Shown here one piece after another: positions 1 to 11,465 of a stretch of 32,000 bases of DNA. Under the pieces are notes generated by a model that saw only the letters and a list, made by a program, of their open reading frames with translations, was not told the DNA's origin and made no database searches. The stretch comes from Kineococcus radiotolerans SRS30216 = ATCC BAA-149 (GTDB taxonomy: Bacteria; Actinomycetota; Actinomycetes; Actinomycetales; Kineococcaceae). The stretch covers positions 2,910,001-2,942,000 of the forward strand of contig NC_009664.2 in assembly GCF_000017305.1 (NCBI RefSeq), given 5' to 3'. The translations under genes and the position numbers were made by a program. How positions within the stretch are numbered: position 1 is the stretch's first letter; each line of letters begins with the position of its first letter.

Positions 1-621
1 GTCGGCGCGCAGCACCTCCGCGAGCCGGTCGCCGACCCAGGCGGGTTCTCGCGAGAGCAGGTGCTCCCCGCGCACCAGCACCGTCACCCGGCTGCCGAGA
101 CCGGCGAAGGCCTGCGCGAGCTCGCAGGCCACGGCCCCGCCGCCGACGACGGCGAGGTGGGCGGGCAGCTCGTCGGCGGCCAGCGCCTCCTCGGAGGTCC
201 AGGTGGGGAGGTCGACGGGCAGGTCGGGGCGGACCGGGGTGCTGCCGGTGGCGAGGACGACGGTCCCCGCCCGCACCTCCTGCGGGCCCCCCTCGCCCTC
301 CACGAGGACGCCGCGGCCCTCGACGCGGGCCGTGCCGCGCACGAGGACGACCCCGTCGGCGGCGAGCTCCGCCGCGGCCGCGGAGTCGTCGCGCCCACCG
401 GTGGCCTCGTCGCGCACGGCGCGGGCCGCGGGCCAGGAGAGCCCGGCGGCGGCGGACAGCAGCAGCGACTTCGAGGGGACGCAGGCCAGGTAGGGGCAGA
501 ACCCCCCGACGAGCCCCCGCTCGACGAGGACGACGCGACGCCCGGCGCGGGCGAGCTGCTGCGCCAGCATCTTCCCGCCCGACCCGGACCCGACGACGCA
601 GACGTCCGCAGTGGTGAACAC
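1..621 (-). CDS. FAD-dependent pyridine nucleotide-disulfide oxidoreductase, class I (N-terminal 207 codons; 3' end lies beyond the window)
   Basis: Minus-strand frame absent from the ORF track because it runs off the left edge. GTG at 621-619 opens VFTTADVCVVGSGSGGKMLAQQLARAGRRVVLVERGLVGGFCPYLACVPSK. This contains a GxGxxG FAD fold followed by a CxxxxC redox-disulfide motif, and a second Rossmann-like VVGGGAVACELAQ lies further in. The frame has G/C-rich third positions. The listed ORFs 61..687(+) and 84..722(-) are Arg/Pro/Gly-rich off-frame artefacts. Confidence 0.8.
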   Translation of the reverse strand, partial: MFTTADVCVVGSGSGGKMLAQQLARAGRRVVLVERGLVGGFCPYLACVPSKSLLLSAAAGLSWPAARAVRDEATGGRDDSAAAAELAADGVVLVRGTARVEGRGVLVEGEGGPQEVRAGTVVLATGSTPVRPDLPVDLPTWTSEEALAADELPAHLAVVGGGAVACELAQAFAGLGSRVTVLVRGEHLLSREPAWVGDRLAEVLRAD

Positions 622-703
622 CTCGTGATGGTTCCCGAAGGATTGACGCGCCGCGCGTCGAAGGGGGGACGCAGCGGCCCCCTGTGAGTGCTCTGATGAC
701 GGG

Positions 704-1651
704 GTGAGCGAACTGGAGCCACCCGGGCTGGAGTGCCTCGGCGTCGGCAAGCGCTTCGGCGCCGTGCAGGCGCTGGACGGCCTGACGATGACCCTGACGG
801 CCGGCGCGACCGGTCTGCTCGGCGCGAACGGCGCCGGGAAGTCGACGCTGCTGCGCACGGCGCTGGGGCTGACCCGCCCCGACGCGGGCACGGTGCGGGT
901 GCTGGGCCTGGACACCGTGCGCGATCGCGCCGAGGTCCGCCGGCGGGTGGGGTTCATGCCCGAGCACCCGTGCCTGCCCGCGGACATGTCGGCGCAGGAC
1001 GTGTGCGTGTCGCTGGCCCGCCTGCGCGGGCTGGGCCGGCGGGACGCGGTGCGCCGCACCAGCGAGGTGCTGTTCGCCGTCGGCCTGGAGGAGGAACGCC
1101 GCCGCCCGGTGGGTTCGTACTCCCTCGGCATGCAGCAGCGCACGAAGCTCGCCCAGGCCCTCGTCCACGGCCCGGACCTGGTGCTGCTGGACGAACCCAC
1201 CTCGGGGCTGGACCCCGCGGGGCGGGAGGAGATGCTCGCCATCGTGCGCCGCCTCTCCACCGATCTCGGGATCCGGGTCGTCGCCAGTTCCCACGTCCTC
1301 GACGACATCGAGCGCACGTGCGACGAGGTCGTCGTGCTGCGCTCGGGAACCCTGGCCGCGCAGCGTCCCGTCGTCATCGGGCACGACCCCTCGGGCGCGG
1401 TGGAACTGCGGGTCTCCGGGGACGTGGGGGCGTTCGCGGCGGCGCTGGAACCCCGCCTGGTCCCGTTCGGGGTGGCGCTGTCGCCCACCGCCGCCGGCGA
1501 CATCGGGCTGAGTTCCAGCCCCGACGCCGCGCTGGACGCGGTGCGCGACCTGGCCGGGGAGCTCGGGGTCGGGGTGGAGCGGCTGGTGCCCACCGCCCGT
1601 GGTCTGGAGGACCTCGTGGTCGACGCGATGGGAGGGGGGAACCGTGGCTGA
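704..1651 (+). CDS. ABC transporter ATP-binding protein (A1), with a C-terminal extension of about 90 aa
   Basis: Walker A GANGAGKST, ABC signature YSLGMQQR and Walker B LVLLDEPTSGLD read in the 315-aa ORF. GTG start. Confidence 0.9.
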   Translation: MSELEPPGLECLGVGKRFGAVQALDGLTMTLTAGATGLLGANGAGKSTLLRTALGLTRPDAGTVRVLGLDTVRDRAEVRRRVGFMPEHPCLPADMSAQDVCVSLARLRGLGRRDAVRRTSEVLFAVGLEEERRRPVGSYSLGMQQRTKLAQALVHGPDLVLLDEPTSGLDPAGREEMLAIVRRLSTDLGIRVVASSHVLDDIERTCDEVVVLRSGTLAAQRPVVIGHDPSGAVELRVSGDVGAFAAALEPRLVPFGVALSPTAAGDIGLSSSPDAALDAVRDLAGELGVGVERLVPTARGLEDLVVDAMGGGNRG

Positions 1652-2552
1652 ACCGGGAGCGGTCCCGCACGAGACACCCCGTGCGGTCCTGCACGAGACA
1701 CCCCGTGCGGTCCTGCACGACATCCGCTACAGCCGGTACCAGGGGGCGCTGCGCCCGCGCCGTTCCGCGGTGGCGAGCTTCGTCGCCAGCGGCGTCCGCC
1801 GCCCGCTGGGCCTGCGGCGCAGCGCGAGCGCGAAGATCTGGCCGTTCCTGCTGCTGGCCGTGGCCTACCTGCCCGCGCTGGCCGTCGTCGCCGTCCCGCT
1901 GCTGGTGCCGGCCGTGGACGTCCAGCCGACCGACCTCATCGACTACCCGCAGCTGCTGACGACGAACTCGGTCGTCCTGCTGGCCTTCGTGGCGACGTCG
2001 ATCCCGTCCATGCTGACCCGCGACCGCCGGGACCGGGTGCTGTCGCTGTACTTCGCGACGGCGCTGTCGTGGTTCGAGTACGTGCTGGGGGTGTTCCTCG
2101 CCGCCCTGGCCCTGCTGGCCCTCATCGTGCTGGGGCCGATGCTGGTGCTGTTCGTCGGGTCCATCGCCACGGCGGACGCCCCGGGGGCCTGGTTCGCCGA
2201 CCACGTCGGGGACCTGCCGCGGATCGTCGGGGCCGCCGCCCTGGTGGTGCTGTTCCACACCAGCCTGGGGCTGGCGATCGGTTCGCTGACCTCCCGGCGG
2301 GTGTTCGCCGTCGGCGGGTACCTCGCGGTGGTCCTCGTGGGGCCGGCGCTGACCGGGGCCGTGGCGGCGGTGACGGGGGAGGAGTGGCCGTTCTCGCTGG
2401 ACCCCTCGAGCGGCCCGATCCGGCTGGCGACGACCTTCATCGGCGGTGGTCTCGGGGACCCGGGGGCGCTGGCCTGGTTCGTCTGGGGCGTCGTCGTGGT
2501 GGGTGGCCTGTCGGTCCTGGCGGGCCGCTACGCGAGGGGGAGCGACGCGTGA
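1644..2552 (+). CDS. ABC-2 type transporter permease (P1), polytopic membrane protein
   Basis: In frame with ORF 1599..2552. I prefer the GTG at 1644, which has a GGGAGGGGGG Shine-Dalgarno 5 nt upstream and overlaps the A1 stop by 8 nt. The protein has several long hydrophobic segments (for example IWPFLLLAVAYLPALAVVAVPLLVPAV and LGVFLAALALLALIVLGPMLVLFVG). No solute-binding protein gene is nearby, so an exporter is likely. Confidence 0.75.
   Translation: MAEPGAVPHETPRAVLHETPRAVLHDIRYSRYQGALRPRRSAVASFVASGVRRPLGLRRSASAKIWPFLLLAVAYLPALAVVAVPLLVPAVDVQPTDLIDYPQLLTTNSVVLLAFVATSIPSMLTRDRRDRVLSLYFATALSWFEYVLGVFLAALALLALIVLGPMLVLFVGSIATADAPGAWFADHVGDLPRIVGAAALVVLFHTSLGLAIGSLTSRRVFAVGGYLAVVLVGPALTGAVAAVTGEEWPFSLDPSSGPIRLATTFIGGGLGDPGALAWFVWGVVVVGGLSVLAGRYARGSDA
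1667..1714 (+). repeat. Perfect in-frame tandem duplication, 2 x 24 nt (GCACGAGACACCCCGTGCGGTCCT), encoding HETPRAVL twice
   Basis: Units 1667-1690 and 1691-1714 are identical. Partial copies flank them (1659-1666 matches 7 of 8; 1715-1720 matches 6 of 6). The repeat lies in the N-terminal tail of permease P1. Confidence 0.95.
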
Positions 2553-3487
2553 GCGCCATCGAGTTCGACGGGGTGAGCAAGTGGTTCGGCGACACCGTCG
2601 CGCTGTCCGACGTCACCGTGAGCATCGGGGCCGGGGTGACGGGTCTGCTGGGGCACAACGGGGCGGGCAAGTCGACGGCGCTGGCGGTGCTGGCCGGGGG
2701 GACCCGGCCCAGCCAGGGGACCGTGCGGGTCCTGGGGCACGACCCGCACCGGGACCCGCAGGTCCACCGCGGGCTGGGGATCGTCGCCGACGGCGAGGCG
2801 ACGTGGGGGCACGCCACCGCCCGCGCGCAGGTCGAGTTCCTCGCCCGGCAGCGGGGCGTGGCCGACCACCGGTCCGCCACCCGGCGGGTCCTGGACCGCG
2901 TCGGGCTGACCGACGCCGCCGACCGCAGGGTCGGGGGGTTCTCCAAGGGCATGCGCCAGCGGGTGAAGCTGGCCCAGGCCCTCGTGCACGACCCGCAGGT
3001 GCTGCTGCTGGACGAACCCCTCAACGGGCTGGACCCGGCCCAGCGCCGCGCCGACGTCGACCTGCTCGCCGCCCTCGGCCGGGAGGGGCGGACGGTGCTG
3101 GTGAGCTCGCACGTCCTCTCCGAGGTGGAGCGGATGGCGCAGCGGGTCCTGGTCGTCGTCAACGGGCGGCTGGTCGCCGAGGGCGAACCGGCGGGGATCC
3201 GGGAACTGCTCGTCGACCGCCCCCGCACGGTGCGCCTGGAGGGGGAGCGGGTGCTGGAACTGGCCGGCCTGCTGCTGGCGCGGGGGCTGGTGGACTCGGT
3301 GCGCCGCGAGGGCGCGGGCCGGCCGGGGGTCCTGGTGCAGGCGCCGCGGGCCGTCGCGCTGGCCGAGGCGGTGCCCCGGCTGGCGCGGGAGTCGGGGACG
3401 ACGCTGCGGCGGGTCGAGGGGATCGGTGAGGACCTGGAGAGCGTGTTCGCGCACCTGGTGCGCGCGGCGAGGGGAGCGGGACGATGA
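2549..3487 (+). CDS. ABC transporter ATP-binding protein (A2)
   Basis: In-frame part of ORF 2069..3487. GTG at 2549 overlaps the P1 stop (GTGA) and follows a GAGGGGGAG Shine-Dalgarno. Motifs read: Walker A GHNGAGKST, signature FSKGMRQR, Walker B VLLLDEPLNGLD and H-loop SSHVL. Confidence 0.9.
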   Translation: MSAIEFDGVSKWFGDTVALSDVTVSIGAGVTGLLGHNGAGKSTALAVLAGGTRPSQGTVRVLGHDPHRDPQVHRGLGIVADGEATWGHATARAQVEFLARQRGVADHRSATRRVLDRVGLTDAADRRVGGFSKGMRQRVKLAQALVHDPQVLLLDEPLNGLDPAQRRADVDLLAALGREGRTVLVSSHVLSEVERMAQRVLVVVNGRLVAEGEPAGIRELLVDRPRTVRLEGERVLELAGLLLARGLVDSVRREGAGRPGVLVQAPRAVALAEAVPRLARESGTTLRRVEGIGEDLESVFAHLVRAARGAGR

Positions 3488-4233
3488 GCGCCACGAGCGG
3501 TGCCGCCACGACGTTGTACGGGTTCTCGCTGCGCGCGATCCTGTTCCGGGGCCGCACGGCGGGTTTCGCGACGCTGCCGCTGGTGGTGGCGGCGGTCGCC
3601 TTCGTCGTCATCGCCATCACCAGCGTCCCGAACCGCTACGGGGTGCAGAACACCTTCACCGGGAACCTGCTGACGGGGCTGGTCGTGCCGATCGTGGCGC
3701 TGGTCCTGGCCATCGGCGCCTTCGGCGACGAGCGCGACGGCCGCACCCTGCCGCTGCTGCGCGCCATCGCGCGCCCGCGCTGGCACATCGTCCTGGCCCG
3801 GTTCGCCGCGGCCTGGACCTCGACGGTCGTGGTGTGCCTGCCCGCCGTGATCGCCTGCGTCGTGCTGGGGGTCTCGGTGAACCAGCCCGCCGGCCGGGTC
3901 GTGGGCGGGGTGCTGCTGGCGACGGCGCTGACCTCGGCGGCGTACTGCGCGGTGTTCGTCCTGCTGTCGCTGCTGACCCGGCGCGGGCTGCTGGCCGGGC
4001 TGGCCTACGTGGTGCTGTGGGAGACGTTCCTGGCCGGGCTGGCCCCGGCGCTGCGGGGGCTGTCGATCGGTTCCTACGGCCGCCGCGTGGCCTCGCTGGC
4101 CATCCCCGGCGACGTGCCGCTGGGGACGGTCGCCTCGATCGGGGTGACGGGCTCGGCCCTGGTGCTGGCCGGGATCGCCGTCGCGGCGACGGCGCTGGCC
4201 GGGTGGCGACTGCAGCGGATGGACGTCGGCTGA
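3484..4233 (+). CDS. ABC-2 type transporter permease (P2)
   Basis: 249-aa ORF whose ATG overlaps the A2 stop (ATGA), with a GAGGGGAG Shine-Dalgarno upstream. It has multiple hydrophobic helices and a GDERDGRTLPLL motif typical of ABC-2 permeases. Confidence 0.8.
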   Translation: MSATSGAATTLYGFSLRAILFRGRTAGFATLPLVVAAVAFVVIAITSVPNRYGVQNTFTGNLLTGLVVPIVALVLAIGAFGDERDGRTLPLLRAIARPRWHIVLARFAAAWTSTVVVCLPAVIACVVLGVSVNQPAGRVVGGVLLATALTSAAYCAVFVLLSLLTRRGLLAGLAYVVLWETFLAGLAPALRGLSIGSYGRRVASLAIPGDVPLGTVASIGVTGSALVLAGIAVAATALAGWRLQRMDVG

Positions 4234-4242
4234 GCGGGCCCG

Positions 4243-4497
4243 TCAGCCGCGCGCGCCGGCGCGGGCGGGGGCGGCCGCGACGTCGTGCACGAACCGGCCG
4301 GTGCCGGACAGGTCGGGGGTCAGGACCAGCCGCCAGGCGGGCGGGTCGGCCGGCACCGGGCCGGGGTCCACGCCGAGCCCGCGCAGCCACTCCCGCGACC
4401 GGGCCTGCTCGGCGCGCCACGTGCGCCGGTTGTCCCACCAGGACGCGACCAGCACCCCGCCCGCGGCGAGGACCCCCACCAGCACCCAGATCAGCAC
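4243..4497 (-). CDS. Hypothetical small membrane-anchored protein (84 aa from GTG 4497; an alternative GTG at 4569 gives 108 aa)
   Basis: C-terminal part of ORF 4243..4725(-). It opens VLIWVLVGVLAAGGVLVASWW (one TM helix), followed by a soluble tail. Third positions are strongly G/C from 4497 downward but weaker upstream. An 11-nt (non-triplet) tandem repeat sits between 4497 and the galK stop, which argues for the shorter start. I recognise no family. Confidence 0.45.
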   Translation of the reverse strand: MLIWVLVGVLAAGGVLVASWWDNRRTWRAEQARSREWLRGLGVDPGPVPADPPAWRLVLTPDLSGTGRFVHDVAAAPARAGARG

Positions 4498-4570
4498 CCC
4501 CCCAGGGTGGTCGGTGCGTGCGGGCCCCCGGTGAACCCCCGGTGAACGGGCGGCCCACCGGGGGAACACG

Positions 4571-5797
4571 TCAGAGGTCGCGGCCGGCGCCCTCGGAGGG
4601 CAGCGCGGCGAGGAAGCGCGGCGCCCGCAGGTCCTGCTCGGCGAACGCGGCGGCGACGGCGTCCGCCACGGCCCCGACGCGGTCCGCGGCCACCAGGGCG
4701 ATCGCGGAGCCCCCGAAACCGCCACCGGTCATCCGGGCCCCCAGCGCCCCGTGCGCGCGGGCGACGTCGACGGTGAGGTCCAGCTCGCGGCAGGACACCT
4801 CGTAGTCGTCGCGCAGGGAGTCGTGGGAGGCGTCGAGCAGCCCCCCGACGTCACCGGCCCGCCCGGCCCGCAGCAGCTCCGCCGTGCGGGCGACCCGGTC
4901 GATCTCGGTGACGGCGTGGCGGACGCGCCGGCGCAGCACGTCCCCGTCGGGGGCGGACCCGACGCGCTCCAGGGCGGCGTCCAGGTCGGCGGGGTCCACC
5001 TCGCGCAGCGTCGGGACGCCGAGGATCTCCGCCGCCCGCTCGACGTCGGCGCGGCGCTGCCCGTACTCGCCGCCGGCGTGGGAGTGCTCGGCGCGGGTGT
5101 CGACGACGAGCAGGGCCAGCCCGGCCCCGGCCAGGTCCAGCGCGACCTGGCTGACGGTGTCGTCGCGGGTGTCGAGCAGGATCGCCCCGCCCTCGTGGCA
5201 GCGCAGCGACGCGGCCTGGTCCATCCCGCCGGTGTTGGCCCCGGCGACGACGTTCTCGGCCAGCACGCAGGCCCCCGCCAGCGCGGCGCGCCCGGCGTCG
5301 TCGAGGGGGGCGCCGAGCAGGTCGCCCAGCGCCACCGCGACGGCGCACTCCAGCGCCGCCGAGGACGACAGCCCCGAGCCGTAGGGGACGTGGCCGTCGA
5401 CGAGGGCGTCGAAGCCCCCGGTCAGCAGGTCGCCGTCGAAGCCCTTGCGGCCCATCGCCCACGGCACCCCGGCGACGTAGGCGGCCCAGCCGTCGGGGGA
5501 GCCCGCGCCGACGTCGGCCAGGGTCACGACGACCTCGCCGGCGGCTTCCTGGCGGGAGCGCACGCGCACCACGCCGTCGGCGCGGGGGTTCAGCGCGACG
5601 AACGTCCGGTGCGGCAGCGCCAGCGGCAGGCACAGCCCGCCGGTGTAGTCGACGTGCTCGCCGACGAGGTTCACCCGGCCCGGGGCCGACCAGACCCCGG
5701 CCGGGTCGGTGCCGAAGGCGTCGCGGAACGCCGCGGCCAGGGCCGTGGCCGCGCTCGCCCGCTCGGGGGCGTCGAAGAACTCGGGGGTGCTGTTCAC
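4571..5797 (-). CDS. galK: Galactokinase
   Basis: C-terminal 408 aa of ORF 4571..6850(-). Contains the galactokinase signature GRVNLVGEHVDYTGG and GHMP-kinase motifs PYGSGLSSSAALE and MTGGGFGGSAIAL. GTG at 5797 overlaps the galT stop (GTGA). Confidence 0.9.
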   Translation of the reverse strand: MNSTPEFFDAPERASAATALAAAFRDAFGTDPAGVWSAPGRVNLVGEHVDYTGGLCLPLALPHRTFVALNPRADGVVRVRSRQEAAGEVVVTLADVGAGSPDGWAAYVAGVPWAMGRKGFDGDLLTGGFDALVDGHVPYGSGLSSSAALECAVAVALGDLLGAPLDDAGRAALAGACVLAENVVAGANTGGMDQAASLRCHEGGAILLDTRDDTVSQVALDLAGAGLALLVVDTRAEHSHAGGEYGQRRADVERAAEILGVPTLREVDPADLDAALERVGSAPDGDVLRRRVRHAVTEIDRVARTAELLRAGRAGDVGGLLDASHDSLRDDYEVSCRELDLTVDVARAHGALGARMTGGGFGGSAIALVAADRVGAVADAVAAAFAEQDLRAPRFLAALPSEGAGRDL

Positions 5798-6939
5798 GGG
5801 GCCACCTCGCGCAGTCGGGCCGCCACCTTCTCGGGCGTCGTGTCGTTGACCCAGGCGGCCATGGCGGACTCCGACCCGGCGAGGAACTTCACCTTCGACG
5901 GGCCGCGCAGCACGCTGAACACCTGCAGGTGCAGGCGGAACTCCTCGCGCCCCTCGGTGGCCGGGGCCTGGTGCCAGCCCGCGATGTAGGGCAGCGGGTG
6001 GTCGTCGGGGTAGTAGCGGTCCAGGCGCCCCAGCAGGTCCAGGTAGGCCCCGACGAGGTCGGCGCGCTCCTCCTCGGTGAGGGCGGGCAGGTCGGGGACG
6101 TCGCGGTTCGGGGCGAGGTGGACCTCGACGGGCCAGCGCGCGGCGGCCGGGACGTAGGCGGTGAAGTGCTCGGTCTCGAGGACGACGCGGGAACCGGCGC
6201 GGCGCTCGGCGTCGAGGACGTCGCGGAAGAGGTTGCCGCCGGTCGCGGCGCGGTGCTCGCGGGCGCGGCGCAGCATGGTCTCCGTCTTCGGGGTGAGGAA
6301 CGGGTACCCGTAGATCTGCCCGTGCGGGTGCGGCAGCGTGACGCCGATCTCCTCCCCGCGGTTCTCGAAGACGAAGACCTGCTCGACCCCGTCGGTGGCG
6401 TTGAGGGTCTCGGTGCGGTCGATCCACGCCTCGAGCACGGTGCGGGCCCGGCGGGGGTCGAGGGTGCCGAACGAGCCGCGGGTGTCGGAGGAGAAGCAGA
6501 CGACCTCGCACCGCCCCGCCGCGGGGCGCGTCGGCCACAGCCGCTCGCCGTCGAGGAACCCGTCCTCGCCGCCGATGCGGTTGGAGAAGGAGGGGAAGCG
6601 GTTCTCGAAGGCGACGACGTCGTAGCTGGAGTCGGCGATCTCGGTGGGGAAGCCGCCGGGCACGGTGGGGGCCAGCGGGTCCTGGTCCGGCGGCGGCATG
6701 AGGGTGCGGTCGTTGCGGTGCGAGGCCATCGCGATCCAGTCGCCGGTCAGCGGGTCGAAGCGCACCTGGGAGCCGCCGCGCAGCGTCTCGTCGGCGGGCC
6801 GCAGCGGGCGGTGGTCGACGGCGTCGCGGGCCCGTTCGCCCGACAGCCACGGTTCGGTGTCGTCGAAGTAGATGAGCTCGCGGCCGTCGGCCATGCGGGT
6901 CGACGTCTTGCGGAAGCGGTGCGGGGTGCGGTCGTTCAC
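5794..6939 (-). CDS. galT: Galactose-1-phosphate uridylyltransferase (HIT-type)
   Basis: In-frame part of ORF 5794..7089(-). Contains the active-site HPHGQIYGYPF (His-Pro-His), FENRG and DGRELIYFDD. GTG at 6939 overlaps the DeoR stop (GTGA). Confidence 0.9.
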   Translation of the reverse strand: MNDRTPHRFRKTSTRMADGRELIYFDDTEPWLSGERARDAVDHRPLRPADETLRGGSQVRFDPLTGDWIAMASHRNDRTLMPPPDQDPLAPTVPGGFPTEIADSSYDVVAFENRFPSFSNRIGGEDGFLDGERLWPTRPAAGRCEVVCFSSDTRGSFGTLDPRRARTVLEAWIDRTETLNATDGVEQVFVFENRGEEIGVTLPHPHGQIYGYPFLTPKTETMLRRAREHRAATGGNLFRDVLDAERRAGSRVVLETEHFTAYVPAAARWPVEVHLAPNRDVPDLPALTEEERADLVGAYLDLLGRLDRYYPDDHPLPYIAGWHQAPATEGREEFRLHLQVFSVLRGPSKVKFLAGSESAMAAWVNDTTPEKVAARLREVAP

Positions 6940-7723
6940 TGGTCCTCCTCCTGCGGGGTGCCGGCGACGACGAGTTCGCCGACGAGGTCTGAGATGACGG
7001 GACGCGCCGAGGGGTCCAGGGCGGCGTCGGTGACGAGGACGTCGACGGAACCGAGGTCGGCGAACGACGTCAGCCCGACGACCCCCCACTTCGAGGCGTC
7101 GGCGACGACGACCACCCGTGCGGCGCAGTCCATCAGCGCCCGGTTGGTGTCGGCCTCGGACAGGTTCGGGGTGCTCAGCCCGGCCGCGGCGTCGAGGCCG
7201 TGGACGCCGAGGAAGAGCAGGTCGACGTGGAGCCCGCGCAGCCCCGCGCGCGCGACCGGGCCCACGAGGGCGTCCGACGGGGTGCGGGTGCCGCCGGAGA
7301 GGACCACGGTGCGGGAGTGGTCGGCCGGGTCGTGCAGCAGGTCCGCGACGCGCGGGGAGTTCGTCACGACGGTGAGGTCGGAGACGTCGCGCAGTTCCCG
7401 GGCGACCTCGGCGGTGGTCGTCCCCGCCGACAGCGCCACCGAGGCGCCGTCGGGGACGAGGTCGGCGGCCGCGCGGGCGATGGCGCGCTTGGCGTCCGGG
7501 CGCAGGCCGGCCTTGGCCGCGAAACCCGGTTCCTCGCTGGAGCGGGCCACCGACGCGGCCCCGCCGTGGACGCGGGCCACGAGGCCGCGCCGGGAGAGTT
7601 CGCCGATGTCGCGGCGCACGGTCATCTCCGAGACGCCGAGGCGTTCCACCAGGTCGGCGACGCGGACCCCGCCGTGGGTGCGGACGGCGTCGAGGATCAC
7701 CTCCTGGCGCTGGTGGGCCAGCA

Positions 7724-7724
<1 letters not shown>
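6936..7724 (-). CDS. DeoR-family transcriptional regulator
   Basis: Last 262 aa of the artefactual 1346-aa ORF 6936..10976(-). N-terminal wHTH MLAHQRQEVILDAVRTHGGVRVADLVERLGVSEMTVRRDIGEL, then a DeoR-C sugar-phosphate sensor domain (FLGVHGLD, VVVADASKWG). The ATG at 7724 shares 1 nt with the beta-galactosidase stop. Confidence 0.9.
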
Positions 7725-11452
<3,728 letters not shown>

Positions 11453-11465
11453 GGAGCCCCCGCGG

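Noticed and set aside
61-722. Track ORFs 61..687(+) and 84..722(-)
   Set aside because: Both are Gly/Arg/Pro-rich. A third, unlisted minus-strand frame (1-621) encodes a textbook GxGxxG plus CxxxxC flavoprotein N-terminus, so I annotated that one instead.
4498-4725. Longer versions of the small ORF downstream of galK (up to 160 aa)
   Set aside because: The region above 4571 overlaps the galK coding sequence in another frame. The 4498-4569 part has weaker codon bias and contains a non-triplet 11-nt tandem repeat. It is kept only as an alternative start.
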